From a virus, in the IMG/VR virus record IMGVR_UViG_3300010370_000028, positions 71,390 to 135,389 of that record: DNA of 64,000 nt; one strand, given 5' to 3'. Position numbers and translations under genes: made by a program. Of this stretch, positions 29,499-40,500 are shown one piece after another; position 1 is the first letter of the stretch; each line of letters begins with the position of its first letter. The notes below the pieces were generated by a model. The model was not told the origin of the DNA and searched no databases. It saw only the letters and a program-made list of their open reading frames with translations.

Positions 29499-29937
29499 AA
29501 GAATTACAAATCCAGAAGAATTTAATTTAATGATTAATGATTTAAATGATCTTTTTTCAGAAGAAAAGGGGCATATATTTTTAGAGCATGATGCAGAATC
29601 AATTAAAAGATTTTTTTCTAATCAACTTATTTTAAATTGGGATTTTTTTGTTTGGGCTAATTTTAATGGTGAAAGTTATGATGCAATGATAGCTTTTACT
29701 AATGAAAAAAGTATTAAATTTAATTGTAAATTGTTTAATGAATATCTTTGGTTATCTAAAAATCCAAAAGTTGGATATCGCTTATTCAGAGAAGCCATTA
29801 AGTTTGCTAGGGAAAAAGATTTTAAATATATACTAATGTCTACAGTCACAAATAATCCTAAACATGAAAAAATCAAAAATTTTTACAAGAGAATGGGATT
29901 TCTTAAAGATACAGAAACATATATAGCAAGATTATGA
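29485..29937 (+). CDS. GNAT-fold acetyltransferase
   Basis: EYLW...KVGYRL...NFYKRMGF. Confidence 0.7.
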   Translation: MNQIKRITNPEEFNLMINDLNDLFSEEKGHIFLEHDAESIKRFFSNQLILNWDFFVWANFNGESYDAMIAFTNEKSIKFNCKLFNEYLWLSKNPKVGYRLFREAIKFAREKDFKYILMSTVTNNPKHEKIKNFYKRMGFLKDTETYIARL

Positions 29938-30137
29938 ATAATAAAAAAGCAAAACAAATTAGAAAAATTATTTCTCCAACCGACGAAATAAGTAGAAGAA
30001 ATTATCGTAGAGCGAAAAAAAAATATAATAAGCTATCGCAAGATGCTAGACCTATTTTTTTAGAAAAGTTATCTGAATTATTTAATTCAAATAGCAGTTC
30101 TTTGAATTCTAAAGAATCCAGTGGGTTCAACATTTGA
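29934..30137 (+). CDS. Small basic hypothetical protein
   Basis: ATGA-coupled ORF ending the operon. Confidence 0.55.
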   Translation: MNNKKAKQIRKIISPTDEISRRNYRRAKKKYNKLSQDARPIFLEKLSELFNSNSSSLNSKESSGFNI

Positions 30138-31220
30138 AACGCTTAAATAAATATAGGAATTGGTATTTTCAAATAAATATTCAATTCCTATATTATTATT
30201 AATAGCATACTCACTTACAAATATTCCAGATTTTCCTTCATTAGCTGATTCACTAATTGTTACTTTTAAATCAGATGATGTAACTGATCCATAAGCGTCT
30301 ACTATTTGAGTTAGATAAGATACTGTTTTATAGTTATTTTTTTCAAAAATATCAATTATATACTTATCTTTTGTCGGTATTTCCCCACTAATTGATTCTG
30401 TTTTTGTTATTTCAACAACATTAATAGGTTGGGATATAATAGTTGATTGATCAGTTATTGGAGTTTGAGCTAAACTTATATTTTCTATATAAAATGGCTT
30501 GCCAGATCCTAATGTAGAATATGGAACAATAGCAAAATTATAATTTGTATCATATTCAATATTTGGGGGTTTACTTAAAGTAATATTATTTAAATCTGCA
30601 AATTCAAAAACATTATTTGATTGTATTAAATTATTAAAATTAAATTCTGGCAAGCTCGCAGTTTCTGATTTAACAGCATAAAATGCTACTTTTTCTAATT
30701 TAATATATCTAGCATCATTCTGTAATGAAATATTAAAATTTATACTTTCTTCAATTCTATTTATAGTATCATCAGTTTCTATAGAGCCTGTTATAGAATA
30801 GTTTCTGTAGCCAGATCCATCAATTACTTTAACTCCAGAAATTTCAGGAACATTTCCATATACATAATATTCGGAAACATATATTTCTGGATTAAAATTA
30901 TTACTTATTTTAGCTCTTATTCCAAAATCTTTTTGATATTCACCAAATATAGATTTATTTTCAGCTTCATCAAAAGTTATTGAAATGTTAGCTGATGTTG
31001 CATATTCTGGTAATACTGTATTTCCGTTAATATCTAATACATCAAAAGTTACATCTTTTACAAATGCATTACTTCTAAAAGATTGTGTGTTTTCTATTAA
31101 ATTACTTTTATTATCTAATATTGAAAAGTAAAAAGTTACATCTTTATTTAAATGAACTCCACTCCCTATAGCTATGCCATCTAGAGTACCAGTATCATAA
31201 TTTGCATCAAATTCAAACAT
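30087..31220 (-). CDS. Tail-associated protein (FN3-like)
   Basis: YNFAIVPYSTLGSG FN3-like motif; follows gpJ. Confidence 0.55.
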   Translation of the reverse strand: MFEFDANYDTGTLDGIAIGSGVHLNKDVTFYFSILDNKSNLIENTQSFRSNAFVKDVTFDVLDINGNTVLPEYATSANISITFDEAENKSIFGEYQKDFGIRAKISNNFNPEIYVSEYYVYGNVPEISGVKVIDGSGYRNYSITGSIETDDTINRIEESINFNISLQNDARYIKLEKVAFYAVKSETASLPEFNFNNLIQSNNVFEFADLNNITLSKPPNIEYDTNYNFAIVPYSTLGSGKPFYIENISLAQTPITDQSTIISQPINVVEITKTESISGEIPTKDKYIIDIFEKNNYKTVSYLTQIVDAYGSVTSSDLKVTISESANEGKSGIFVSEYAINNNIGIEYLFENTNSYIYLSVSNVEPTGFFRIQRTAI

Positions 31221-31233
31221 ATTATTTTTTATA

Positions 31234-34200
31234 TTAAATTGCTTTAACCATTGCTACTATAGGTGAAGACAAATCATCTGGATTTGAATTTTCTAATCCT
31301 ATAAATTTCCTAGCTGTTGAGAAAAATGAATTGTATTTTAATGGATTTTTGGAAACTACCTGTGCTTTAAATGTCCATAACCCTTGATCATTTAATCCAG
31401 AATAATATATTTTATATGGACCAGTATCAGTACTTGATGTTTGAATAATTTGTTCATTAAAAAATCCTATATTTGGATTTTCTAAAGAAATAGAATATGT
31501 TAATCCAGCTTCTTTTAATGGTGCATACCATTCTCCAACTAAAGAAAAATCTGTTTCATTTCTACTTGAGAAATCTAATGTTACATTTTCTGGAGAAGAG
31601 TACGCATCAACAACTTTAAACAATGTAGAATTATATTGTTGTTGTGAACCTTCTATATAAACATCATTTTCTATAACAGCCCATTTACCACTATCATATT
31701 TAGTAGCCACCAAACTATATTCATTGGAACTATTTTCTCTAATTGATATGACTTTATATATTTGGTCTTGTGTATTTTTAACTTGTAGTCTATATGTAGA
31801 TCCAGGTTCAATAATATTTAATAAATTTAAATTAAAATTGGATGAATTTAAATATACAATTGATCCATTACTTATTTCAGTGTCAGAAGATAATGGAGAA
31901 ACACCACTAACAGAATATGTTGTTATTTGTCTATTATTTTGAGTTCTAATTTCATCATCATGAATTCCAGCAACGCTATTTTGTCCACTTAAAACACCAG
32001 TCCAATTTGTGCCTCTAAAGACATAGGATGGAGAAGCTTGTTGTAAAGCTCCTCTTCTATCTGGGGTTGTTGGTAAATATGCATAAAGATTATTTATATC
32101 TTGTACCCCGTCATCAGTTATTTCTGAAATATATTTTTCTCCACCAGTTATAAACGGTCCAGACATTGACATTACCCATCCACTTAAACTAAGATCATAA
32201 TACCAACAGCGATTTGATTCATATCTATCTACATAAATAGCATGTTGATAACCTGTTGTTTTATAAATATCTTCTGGTAGATATTGTTTTGAATATTTAG
32301 AAAATTGGAAAACCCTATCTTTTGTCCACCCCAAATTAGCATTTGAAATTTGAAATTTATCAATCCTTCTTCTTTTTTCATCACCAAGTCTTTCTAATTC
32401 AGCAGCTGTTTTATATCCAGTAGGAGTATAAACTGTTATTTTATTCTCAACCGAAAGTAAACTTACTGGATTATCTAAAGTTAAAGCTCTATTCACTGGG
32501 TCAATATCAAGTATTCTACCATAATTAGTAGTTCTACTTTTCATTTCATCTTCAACAATAATTAAATCTCCTGGCCTACATAATAATGCTTCTGGTCCAG
32601 TTGTGAATTCAACGCCTTGATTTTCTTTGGTTGTTTGCCATATAACGTGTTGGCCTATTCTTCTAGCCATCGATTTAGATGTTACACCAAATGTATTAAC
32701 TACAGTTTTTGCATAACCTCTATATCTTATATCATCCTCATCTTTTACTACTTCTATTTTTGTTTTAAAGTTATCTAATTTATCTACATAAGCAACTTCA
32801 ACAACATTAAAAGATTCGTCTTTTTTATTGTTTGTGTAGTTAAAAAATCCATTTTTAACATTTGAGTTAGTAAATAATGCTATAGGTTCACGGGGTCTAT
32901 CATCACTAAAATGTAATTCTGAGTTAGAGAAGAAAACATTTCCTCTAAATAAACTTGTAATAGTATTAATTGCATCAAAGATTTTAGTCGTTTCATTAAA
33001 CATAATGTTGCAAGAAAATCTTGGTTCAAGTCCACCATAAAGATCTTTAACTCCAATAAATAAACCATCATCATTAACTGCATCGCAGTATCTTCCTATT
33101 TTATAAATTTCCCAAATATTAATAGATGAATCTTCTAAATATTCACCTAAACCATATCTAATATTTGTTAATATATCGTATAAAATCCAAGCTGGATTAT
33201 CTGTCCAACCTAATTTTAAATCGCCATTCCAATCTCCCTTGTAAACAAGTTTATCTTCAATTTCAGTTGCATTATATGCAGCAATTGATTGGTAATATCT
33301 TTTATCCTTATTAGGAAATCTTTCTCTTAATGGAAAATAATTAGATGGTATTAATATTTTTTTCAATCTGCAATCAAAACTTCTATTAGGTATTGAAGTA
33401 AAATTTCTAGCATCTATTTTACTTCCAACTATCGCTGAAAATGGATATGAGAAATTAAATGGGACTATTTCTGTTATTTTATTTACATGAAGCTCTCTTC
33501 TTATTAATACTGAATTAGTTTCTGCAGATACTTTATATACTTTAACATATCTTTTTGCGCCTTTTAATATTAAATCATTAGTTAAAGCTGGTAATGTTAT
33601 TTTTTTAGATGGATTATTATCACCAGCATTAGTTGGATTTCCAACATATGGGCCTTTACCACGGAATGTACCATCGACTGTGTAGTTAGCTTTATATGCG
33701 CCTTTTTCTTCAAAATATTTATTTTCTTGATTACCCAAATCAATTAAAACTGGAGATTCAATTAGTCCAACTATTTTAAAATCTCTAATAATGGTTGAAT
33801 TAAAATTTCTATCTACTACATATCCAGTTTCAACTCTCATTTGAAGAATTGCTGGTATTTTCGTACCAGGTTGATCTTTTATTTTTTCATCGCTTTGTTC
33901 AGAAAGAACCATTGGAGTCGAAAGCATGTCACTTAATTGTTTTATTTCTATTGTGACAATGATTTCTTCAACATCTGGATTTTCAACATAATAAGTATAA
34001 GGAACTGGATCTTCATTAAAAGCCTCTAAGGTATTATGAAATTTCGTATTTCCAGCAATACTACCATCTCCTTTTTTATAACTTCTTATGTCTTGTCCAC
34101 CTTCTCCATTAACTTTAAGAGTTAAACTTGGAGTGCCACCAACCTCAGTATCACCAAGATTAGAACTATAATGAGAAGATGGCGATACATCTAGCATTAA

Positions 34201-36423
34201 ATTTTTAGCTGGATTAAATTTTCTTACTGTACCATCTTTTCTAAATGGTCCAGTTAATTTATAATTTGCTTCAGTATCAATTGGAGTACTATTAAAAAAT
34301 GCGAGTGGTTTTTGATCTTCTTCGCCGTTTCTAAATTCATTTAATATATTATTAAAATTATACTTATTAAGAACAAATCTAATAAATGATCTATCAAACT
34401 TTAAATTAAAAGCAGTTGTTAATGATTTAGCAATACCCTGTCTATTTAAATACGTTTTATATATTTTCATTTCATGCCGAACATCATATTTAGATTTTTT
34501 AGCATTCTTTTGAAATATTTCTGCAGAAGCAGCTGCAGCAGCCAATCTTCCAATAAAATTATCCATATTTATGGATACATCTATATTAGCATATGATACC
34601 GCGTTTGATACCCAACTAATTAAACCATCATCTTTTAAACAATCATCGAAAGAAATAGCAATAAATCCATATACATGACCCGTATAAAGAGGATTTGTTG
34701 GATCTAAATTTGTTTCCCATTTTGTTCTAGGTATTAAACATGTATAAACATTCATACCTTCTAAACTTCTGACATTATCAATATAGAAACTAGCTTCTTT
34801 ATCATCTATTTCTACTTTTCTATCAGCAATAGTAGCCGTGCTTTTTAAAAAACTAATTGGATTACCATCGCCCCTAGCACCAATTGTATATATCAAGAGG
34901 GGTTCTTCATATCTTGTGTAATCAGTATATGTTTTATTTATATTTGAAGATTTTTTTACTACATTTATAATATTTTGTTGTTCAATTTTTTTTATGTTTA
35001 ATAAAACTTTATTAACATATTCTTTTTCAAAAAGTAAATTTTCATTTTGAAGTTGAGTTAGCAAATTAGTTAATTCATTTTTCCACCAATATATATTATA
35101 AGGTTCATTGGGGCCATATGCTGTTGCATTTCTAAAATGAAGTTGGAATCTATTATTAGTTCCAGCCCATACATAAGATGGTGGACCTCCATCTGGATAT
35201 TCATTTTTTCTCATTTGTCCTTTCGCAAGTAATGCGGCTAATACAAGATCTTGTCTATCAAGTTTTTGAGCATTATCTATTGGTGTCCAATCAAATTTTA
35301 TACCTTCTAATACTTCCTCTTGTTGATCAATTTGTTTTTCATATTTTGCAATTTCATTAAAAGCTCCAAGTTTTTCTAATTGCTTTTCTAATGATTGAAT
35401 TCTTGCGGTAAAATCTTTTATTATTTTTTGAGACGCAGCAATTTCTTTATTTTTATTTTTAATATTTTGTTTTTGTCCTTTGGGTATTGCTTTTAGTTCT
35501 TCGTTTAATCGATTTAATGTTAATTGTTCTGTTTGTCTTTTTTGAACTAAAATTTCTTGACTATCTTCTTTACCATCAATATCTAAAGCAGCAACTTCTT
35601 TATCTAATTTAGCAATTTTGCCATTTAATTCCTTTATTTTTGCTTTAATTTTATCTATTTCATTTTGTTTATTGGTACGAGCTTTTTTATTAGCTTTGTT
35701 ATTTGGCAGTGCATCAAGTTCTGATTGTTTAGCTCCTAAAGCAACCTGTTGAATATCCCTATCTTCTATTAAAACATTTCTATCAATAAGCTTTTGAACG
35801 AATTTTTTTCTAGTTTCATTTTCTTTATTATCAACTTTATCTATCTTTTTCTTTAATTCGTTTATGGTTTTTTGTGTTTTTTTGTATTTTTCATCTAATC
35901 CATCTGCTCTTATATATGAAATTGTTTCAGTTACTGATGTTAAAATGCCAATATTTTCTTTTGCTGATGTATGTGGAATCGCTTTCTGACCATTAACATT
36001 ATCCCATAAATTTTTAGCTTTTGCAGGATTAATTACTTGAGCATTATTTTCATCATATACTGCTTGGAAAAAATTAAGTAGTGGAAGAAATGTTGCATCT
36101 GAAGATGGAATATCTCTAAATGGATTTGCTGTTGCTGTTGATGAACCATCATTGTTAACAGAGCTTATTGGTGTATCGTCTAAATATATAGCTTGTAATA
36201 TATTGTCATTAATTACTTTTTCACCTTGTTGATTAACTAAACCTTCAATTGGTCCATCACAAATCAAATCAACTATTTCAGCAGAAGAATAAGATGGATA
36301 ACTTTTATATTTTCCATATACAGGTGGGTCTAATCTTGGTGGATCTGGTGGTGGACCAGAAGAAGAAGATTTGGGTTTTTTACCCGCACCCATTAATGAT
36401 ATTTTTTTAATAAAGTGTTTCAT
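31234..36423 (-). CDS. Tail tip / host-specificity protein J (lambda gpJ-like)
   Basis: DLICDGPIEGL, YPFSA, WTDNPAWILYD, YCD, EPRFSCN, CRPGDLI. Confidence 0.9.
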   Translation of the reverse strand: MKHFIKKISLMGAGKKPKSSSSGPPPDPPRLDPPVYGKYKSYPSYSSAEIVDLICDGPIEGLVNQQGEKVINDNILQAIYLDDTPISSVNNDGSSTATANPFRDIPSSDATFLPLLNFFQAVYDENNAQVINPAKAKNLWDNVNGQKAIPHTSAKENIGILTSVTETISYIRADGLDEKYKKTQKTINELKKKIDKVDNKENETRKKFVQKLIDRNVLIEDRDIQQVALGAKQSELDALPNNKANKKARTNKQNEIDKIKAKIKELNGKIAKLDKEVAALDIDGKEDSQEILVQKRQTEQLTLNRLNEELKAIPKGQKQNIKNKNKEIAASQKIIKDFTARIQSLEKQLEKLGAFNEIAKYEKQIDQQEEVLEGIKFDWTPIDNAQKLDRQDLVLAALLAKGQMRKNEYPDGGPPSYVWAGTNNRFQLHFRNATAYGPNEPYNIYWWKNELTNLLTQLQNENLLFEKEYVNKVLLNIKKIEQQNIINVVKKSSNINKTYTDYTRYEEPLLIYTIGARGDGNPISFLKSTATIADRKVEIDDKEASFYIDNVRSLEGMNVYTCLIPRTKWETNLDPTNPLYTGHVYGFIAISFDDCLKDDGLISWVSNAVSYANIDVSINMDNFIGRLAAAAASAEIFQKNAKKSKYDVRHEMKIYKTYLNRQGIAKSLTTAFNLKFDRSFIRFVLNKYNFNNILNEFRNGEEDQKPLAFFNSTPIDTEANYKLTGPFRKDGTVRKFNPAKNLMLDVSPSSHYSSNLGDTEVGGTPSLTLKVNGEGGQDIRSYKKGDGSIAGNTKFHNTLEAFNEDPVPYTYYVENPDVEEIIVTIEIKQLSDMLSTPMVLSEQSDEKIKDQPGTKIPAILQMRVETGYVVDRNFNSTIIRDFKIVGLIESPVLIDLGNQENKYFEEKGAYKANYTVDGTFRGKGPYVGNPTNAGDNNPSKKITLPALTNDLILKGAKRYVKVYKVSAETNSVLIRRELHVNKITEIVPFNFSYPFSAIVGSKIDARNFTSIPNRSFDCRLKKILIPSNYFPLRERFPNKDKRYYQSIAAYNATEIEDKLVYKGDWNGDLKLGWTDNPAWILYDILTNIRYGLGEYLEDSSINIWEIYKIGRYCDAVNDDGLFIGVKDLYGGLEPRFSCNIMFNETTKIFDAINTITSLFRGNVFFSNSELHFSDDRPREPIALFTNSNVKNGFFNYTNNKKDESFNVVEVAYVDKLDNFKTKIEVVKDEDDIRYRGYAKTVVNTFGVTSKSMARRIGQHVIWQTTKENQGVEFTTGPEALLCRPGDLIIVEDEMKSRTTNYGRILDIDPVNRALTLDNPVSLLSVENKITVYTPTGYKTAAELERLGDEKRRRIDKFQISNANLGWTKDRVFQFSKYSKQYLPEDIYKTTGYQHAIYVDRYESNRCWYYDLSLSGWVMSMSGPFITGGEKYISEITDDGVQDINNLYAYLPTTPDRRGALQQASPSYVFRGTNWTGVLSGQNSVAGIHDDEIRTQNNRQITTYSVSGVSPLSSDTEISNGSIVYLNSSNFNLNLLNIIEPGSTYRLQVKNTQDQIYKVISIRENSSNEYSLVATKYDSGKWAVIENDVYIEGSQQQYNSTLFKVVDAYSSPENVTLDFSSRNETDFSLVGEWYAPLKEAGLTYSISLENPNIGFFNEQIIQTSSTDTGPYKIYYSGLNDQGLWTFKAQVVSKNPLKYNSFFSTARKFIGLENSNPDDLSSPIVAMVKAI

Positions 36424-37160
36424 TATTCGTTTAAAAGTTGATTAATTCTACTATCTATAACAGATCTGCCTTGTGACCAATTGTCTTTAAGATCAGCAAC
36501 TGATGAAGCACCTTGACTCATTATATCTGCTCTTATAGAGTCATCTGCTTTAACATTATTAAATCTGATGTTCATTGGATAGGAATTTACTGTCGATTGT
36601 ATAATTAAAGACCCAACTCTTAACCTACCATATCCAACTGGTACAGCGCTTCCTTGTGAAGCTAAATTAGTTCGCGTATTGAATGCAAAAGATTGATCCA
36701 TACCTGATGCTGTTCCAACTACTGATTCAGGTTTAGCAACAGATGGCCCACCTGCTTTTTTTGCTATCATAGCTTGTACACCAGCACTTATTAATCCAAC
36801 TCCGATTCCAACAAATATACTAGCCGCAGTTGCACCAATAGCCGATGCGCCCAAAACACCAACGCCTAATGCCACAGCTCCGACAGCTACAGCAGCCACA
36901 CCCTGCCCTACAATAACTGGCACTACATCAATTTGTTTTGGCGGTCTTTCTAATTCTTCTGCACTTAAATTTTTGATATTTTTATTATTTACAATAATTG
37001 CAAAATTTAAACCTTCATTTAATAATTCAGATAACCTATTACGAAAACTTTTTTTATTACAACTCAATGCGTCAACAAGTTCTTTTGGTTTCCTAAGTTT
37101 CATTTCAAAACTTTCACCAAATTCAAATTTTAAAATACCATGTAAATTAATTGTTGTCAT
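36423..37160 (-). CDS. Tail assembly protein I (lambda gpI-like)
   Basis: INLHGIL...FG, IDVVPVIVG, Gly/Ala hydrophobic stretch, QGSAVPVGYGRLRVGS. Confidence 0.9.
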   Translation of the reverse strand: MTTINLHGILKFEFGESFEMKLRKPKELVDALSCNKKSFRNRLSELLNEGLNFAIIVNNKNIKNLSAEELERPPKQIDVVPVIVGQGVAAVAVGAVALGVGVLGASAIGATAASIFVGIGVGLISAGVQAMIAKKAGGPSVAKPESVVGTASGMDQSFAFNTRTNLASQGSAVPVGYGRLRVGSLIIQSTVNSYPMNIRFNNVKADDSIRADIMSQGASSVADLKDNWSQGRSVIDSRINQLLNE

Positions 37161-37570
37161 ATTGTTTTCTTAAACCTTGTAATTCTTTTTACATTATAAT
37201 CCTTGTTTTGTGGCTCGTAATAGTTAAATTTTCTACTATTTATCGAAAAAACTAAAAATGGAACACAAGTAAGTTCCGACATTTTAATATCAAATTCTGA
37301 AAAAGTCTCATCTCCAACAATATGACTATGAAAAATTGCTATTATATCATAATCATTTTTAAATTTTAAATAATTATTTGGATCTATTAAAAAGTAGCTA
37401 CTTACATCTTTAGCAAGATTTTTTTCAATATGAGCTACATAAGCTTTATCAAAAATATCATATCCCAAAAATCCACATATTTCAGAATTTAAATTTAAAT
37501 CTGAATGTTTGATTATAAATTCTTTTACTTTATCTAAAGATTTATTCTTAATTTCCGTATCCATATCCAT
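37157..37570 (-). CDS. Tail assembly protein K (JAB/MPN domain only)
   Basis: EICGFL, IFHSH...FSEFD; located between gpL and gpI. Confidence 0.85.
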   Translation of the reverse strand: MDMDTEIKNKSLDKVKEFIIKHSDLNLNSEICGFLGYDIFDKAYVAHIEKNLAKDVSSYFLIDPNNYLKFKNDYDIIAIFHSHIVGDETFSEFDIKMSELTCVPFLVFSINSRKFNYYEPQNKDYNVKRITRFKKTI

Positions 37571-40500
37571 ATGTTCCTGGGAATCCACCGAAAGGTAAAT
37601 AATAGTTTGGTTGTTTTGTGTATGTATAATTTCTATTAATAGAAGTGCTGTATGTATTTATTAAATTAGTGTTACCTATTCCAGTTATAGAAATCTCTCT
37701 TTTTAAATCTCCATTTGGCCATTGACCACTTTCATTTATCCATTTGTATGTTCCTCCTCTTTCTGGCAAAATTCCAGTATAATAATCTTGCCACCATCCG
37801 ATGAGATTTCCAGTAATATTTAATCCAGCTCTACCATCTGTTGGTAATTCAATAAATTTTCTTGGTAATTTAGCATTTGGTGCTGAGAAAATATCATTTG
37901 ATAAATCTCTTCTTAACCATTGTTTTTCAGTATCTGTTAAAGCTCTATCCCAAATAGCTAATCCATGATAATTTATTGGTGATGTATAACTATTACCTCT
38001 AGTATCAGCAGTAGTAATATTCGTATATACTTTTACTTTTACAGGTCTTTCTAATATGTAAGATTTAATAGTTGCTATATTTAGATGTGCATCATCCCAA
38101 GCGCCTTTACCATTTGGTCCAACAAAAGATGAATTGAATGCTACTGAATAAGCATAATGCTGCCCCCCTACAGTTATGGCATTATTTGGTTCACCAATTG
38201 ACCAATTATTAAATAAACCACTAACAGCACCACCACGTGTAGCGACACCTGTATAAAATAATGTTTCATCTATCCACCTCCAATCTCCCTCTTTTCCTGT
38301 ATCAGTTCCACCAATCCAACATGGATTTATATTCATTAAAGCTTGATTAGCATAATATACATTATCCCAATCTTCTTTAATTTTCGGACAGAATAATCTT
38401 CCTCCTCTTAATTCCGCATCTGCTTTAGCTTGAGGCCATGTTAAAGCTGTTGATTTAACTACTACTTCTGATGTTGGAGTAGTGTTTGTAACGTTAGTGC
38501 TTCTATAAATTATTTTTAATGTAATAAAAACATTATCACCACTAATACTAATATTAGTAATTTCTCCACCTAATTTAATATTATCATGAGTATATTCATA
38601 CTCTATATAATCTCCAACTTTCCATGAATTAAAATTTATACTTGGATGGTGTGATTTTCTAAATGCTGGTGATTCAATTGACCAACCATCTTCACCAACA
38701 TTTAAATTTGTAAAACTTACAGAGTTTAAAAATTCATCAAATTGACTTATTATTTGCTTGCCTCTTGGACCGTTAAAACCATTTCTATTGACACCATTGT
38801 TATCACTAGTTAAAGTGCTTGTATAATACCAATCAGTTACTCCTAATCTAAATTTTGTTGAATAATCTGGATCTCCAGGATTTTTATCATGATTTTTTTG
38901 ATGTAAAAAATGTGAAAATGTGAATTTTTGATTAGCTGGTAATGTGTATATTGCTGATCCTTCCCCAGCTGTATTAATTAATGAGATTTTAATATAACCA
39001 CCATCTTTTTGTGTATCTTTACCCTCCATTAAAAGAAGGTTATAAGTATTAACACCAGTTACAATATTATTAGGTGTTGATATCCATTGCAAATCACTAA
39101 CTTTTATATCAGCTTGGTTTTCAAACATCCAAGGGTATTCAATAATATAACCATTAGCAAAATTACCTTCTTGCACATCATCCCATTTTTTATAAGCATG
39201 AATTCCAGGCACAGGATATGAATCATTACCATATATCTGCATATAGTCTTGACCAGGTTGGGGGATTTGTCTAACCCCAGCTGTATTAACACCATCATTT
39301 GGTTCTTGGAAAAGAGAGCTTAAATTACTAGCAATAAAATTCCAATTTTGATAACCTTGTTTTACATATTCACCATTAATCCACCTAAAATTACCTTCCT
39401 TAGCTACATCATGACCACCAATCCATTTACTACCATTAAAGATTGGAACAATATTATTTTTTTGTTCAGTATTCAAGACCGCCAACCTACCACCAAGTGA
39501 TTGCGCTTCAGTAGATGCTGCAGCCCAAGATATAAGCGCTGGCTTTTCTACCACTGCAAATCTAGGAGTAGTATCTATGGTAGGACTTGAGTTTGCAGTT
39601 ACTCTTATTTTTACTTTTATTAAAGTATTATCTACTGTTTCATAATCGGGAAAAAGTGGTCGATGTTTAGCTTGAAAATTGGTTGTATCTATTTGTTTAG
39701 TAATGCTATTTTTATTAATTATACCAACTCCAGCTTGAATATTAGCGATGCTAGTACCTTCAAATTTTATTGAATAATTTTGACTACTATTAATTTCAGT
39801 TATTATACCTTCTATACTATGATTTTTATAATATCCTTTAATAAAATCTCCAACCTTCCAAGATCCAGCTTCTTGATTAAAAAATAGTAATTCTTTTATT
39901 TGTCCAATACTTATTTGAGATAAGTTAATTGAATTAGTTGATCCTTCGTAAACGCCATAAGCGCCATTAAGATAATAACCGTTACTATCATAACCAACTC
40001 GATTGAGTGATCCAATTTCTTCGAATCTTGGGTTAGATGAATTTCCTTGATTTATAGTGCTGAAAACTTGCACAAATTTTTCATTATGAAGATAATATAA
40101 TAAACTTCCTCCCCAATAACTACCTGTTTTTATAGTTGAGAAAACCGTTTGAACATTATTAGGTAAGCCCGTTGTACTAATCCATGCTGCTATAGTAAAA
40201 TCTTTATCTATAAATGATGTTAAAGAATCTTCTTGTTGTAAATATTTCAATCCGTTAGTGGATGGGCTTGCGCTTGATGAAGCTAAAACTTGTGTATTTA
40301 AATATTTTTCCTCTATAGAATAGACATCTGATACAGTTTTACTAATGGTAGTTTTATTAAATCTTTTTTTACATGCTGTAATATTTTTTGCGCATTCGTC
40401 TTTTTTCCAATATAGTGGACCAGAACTTGACCACGGTGCTGTATTTTGATTTGCAGTATGATCTTGAGAACATACATAATAGGTTTCTTGAAATTTTGCA

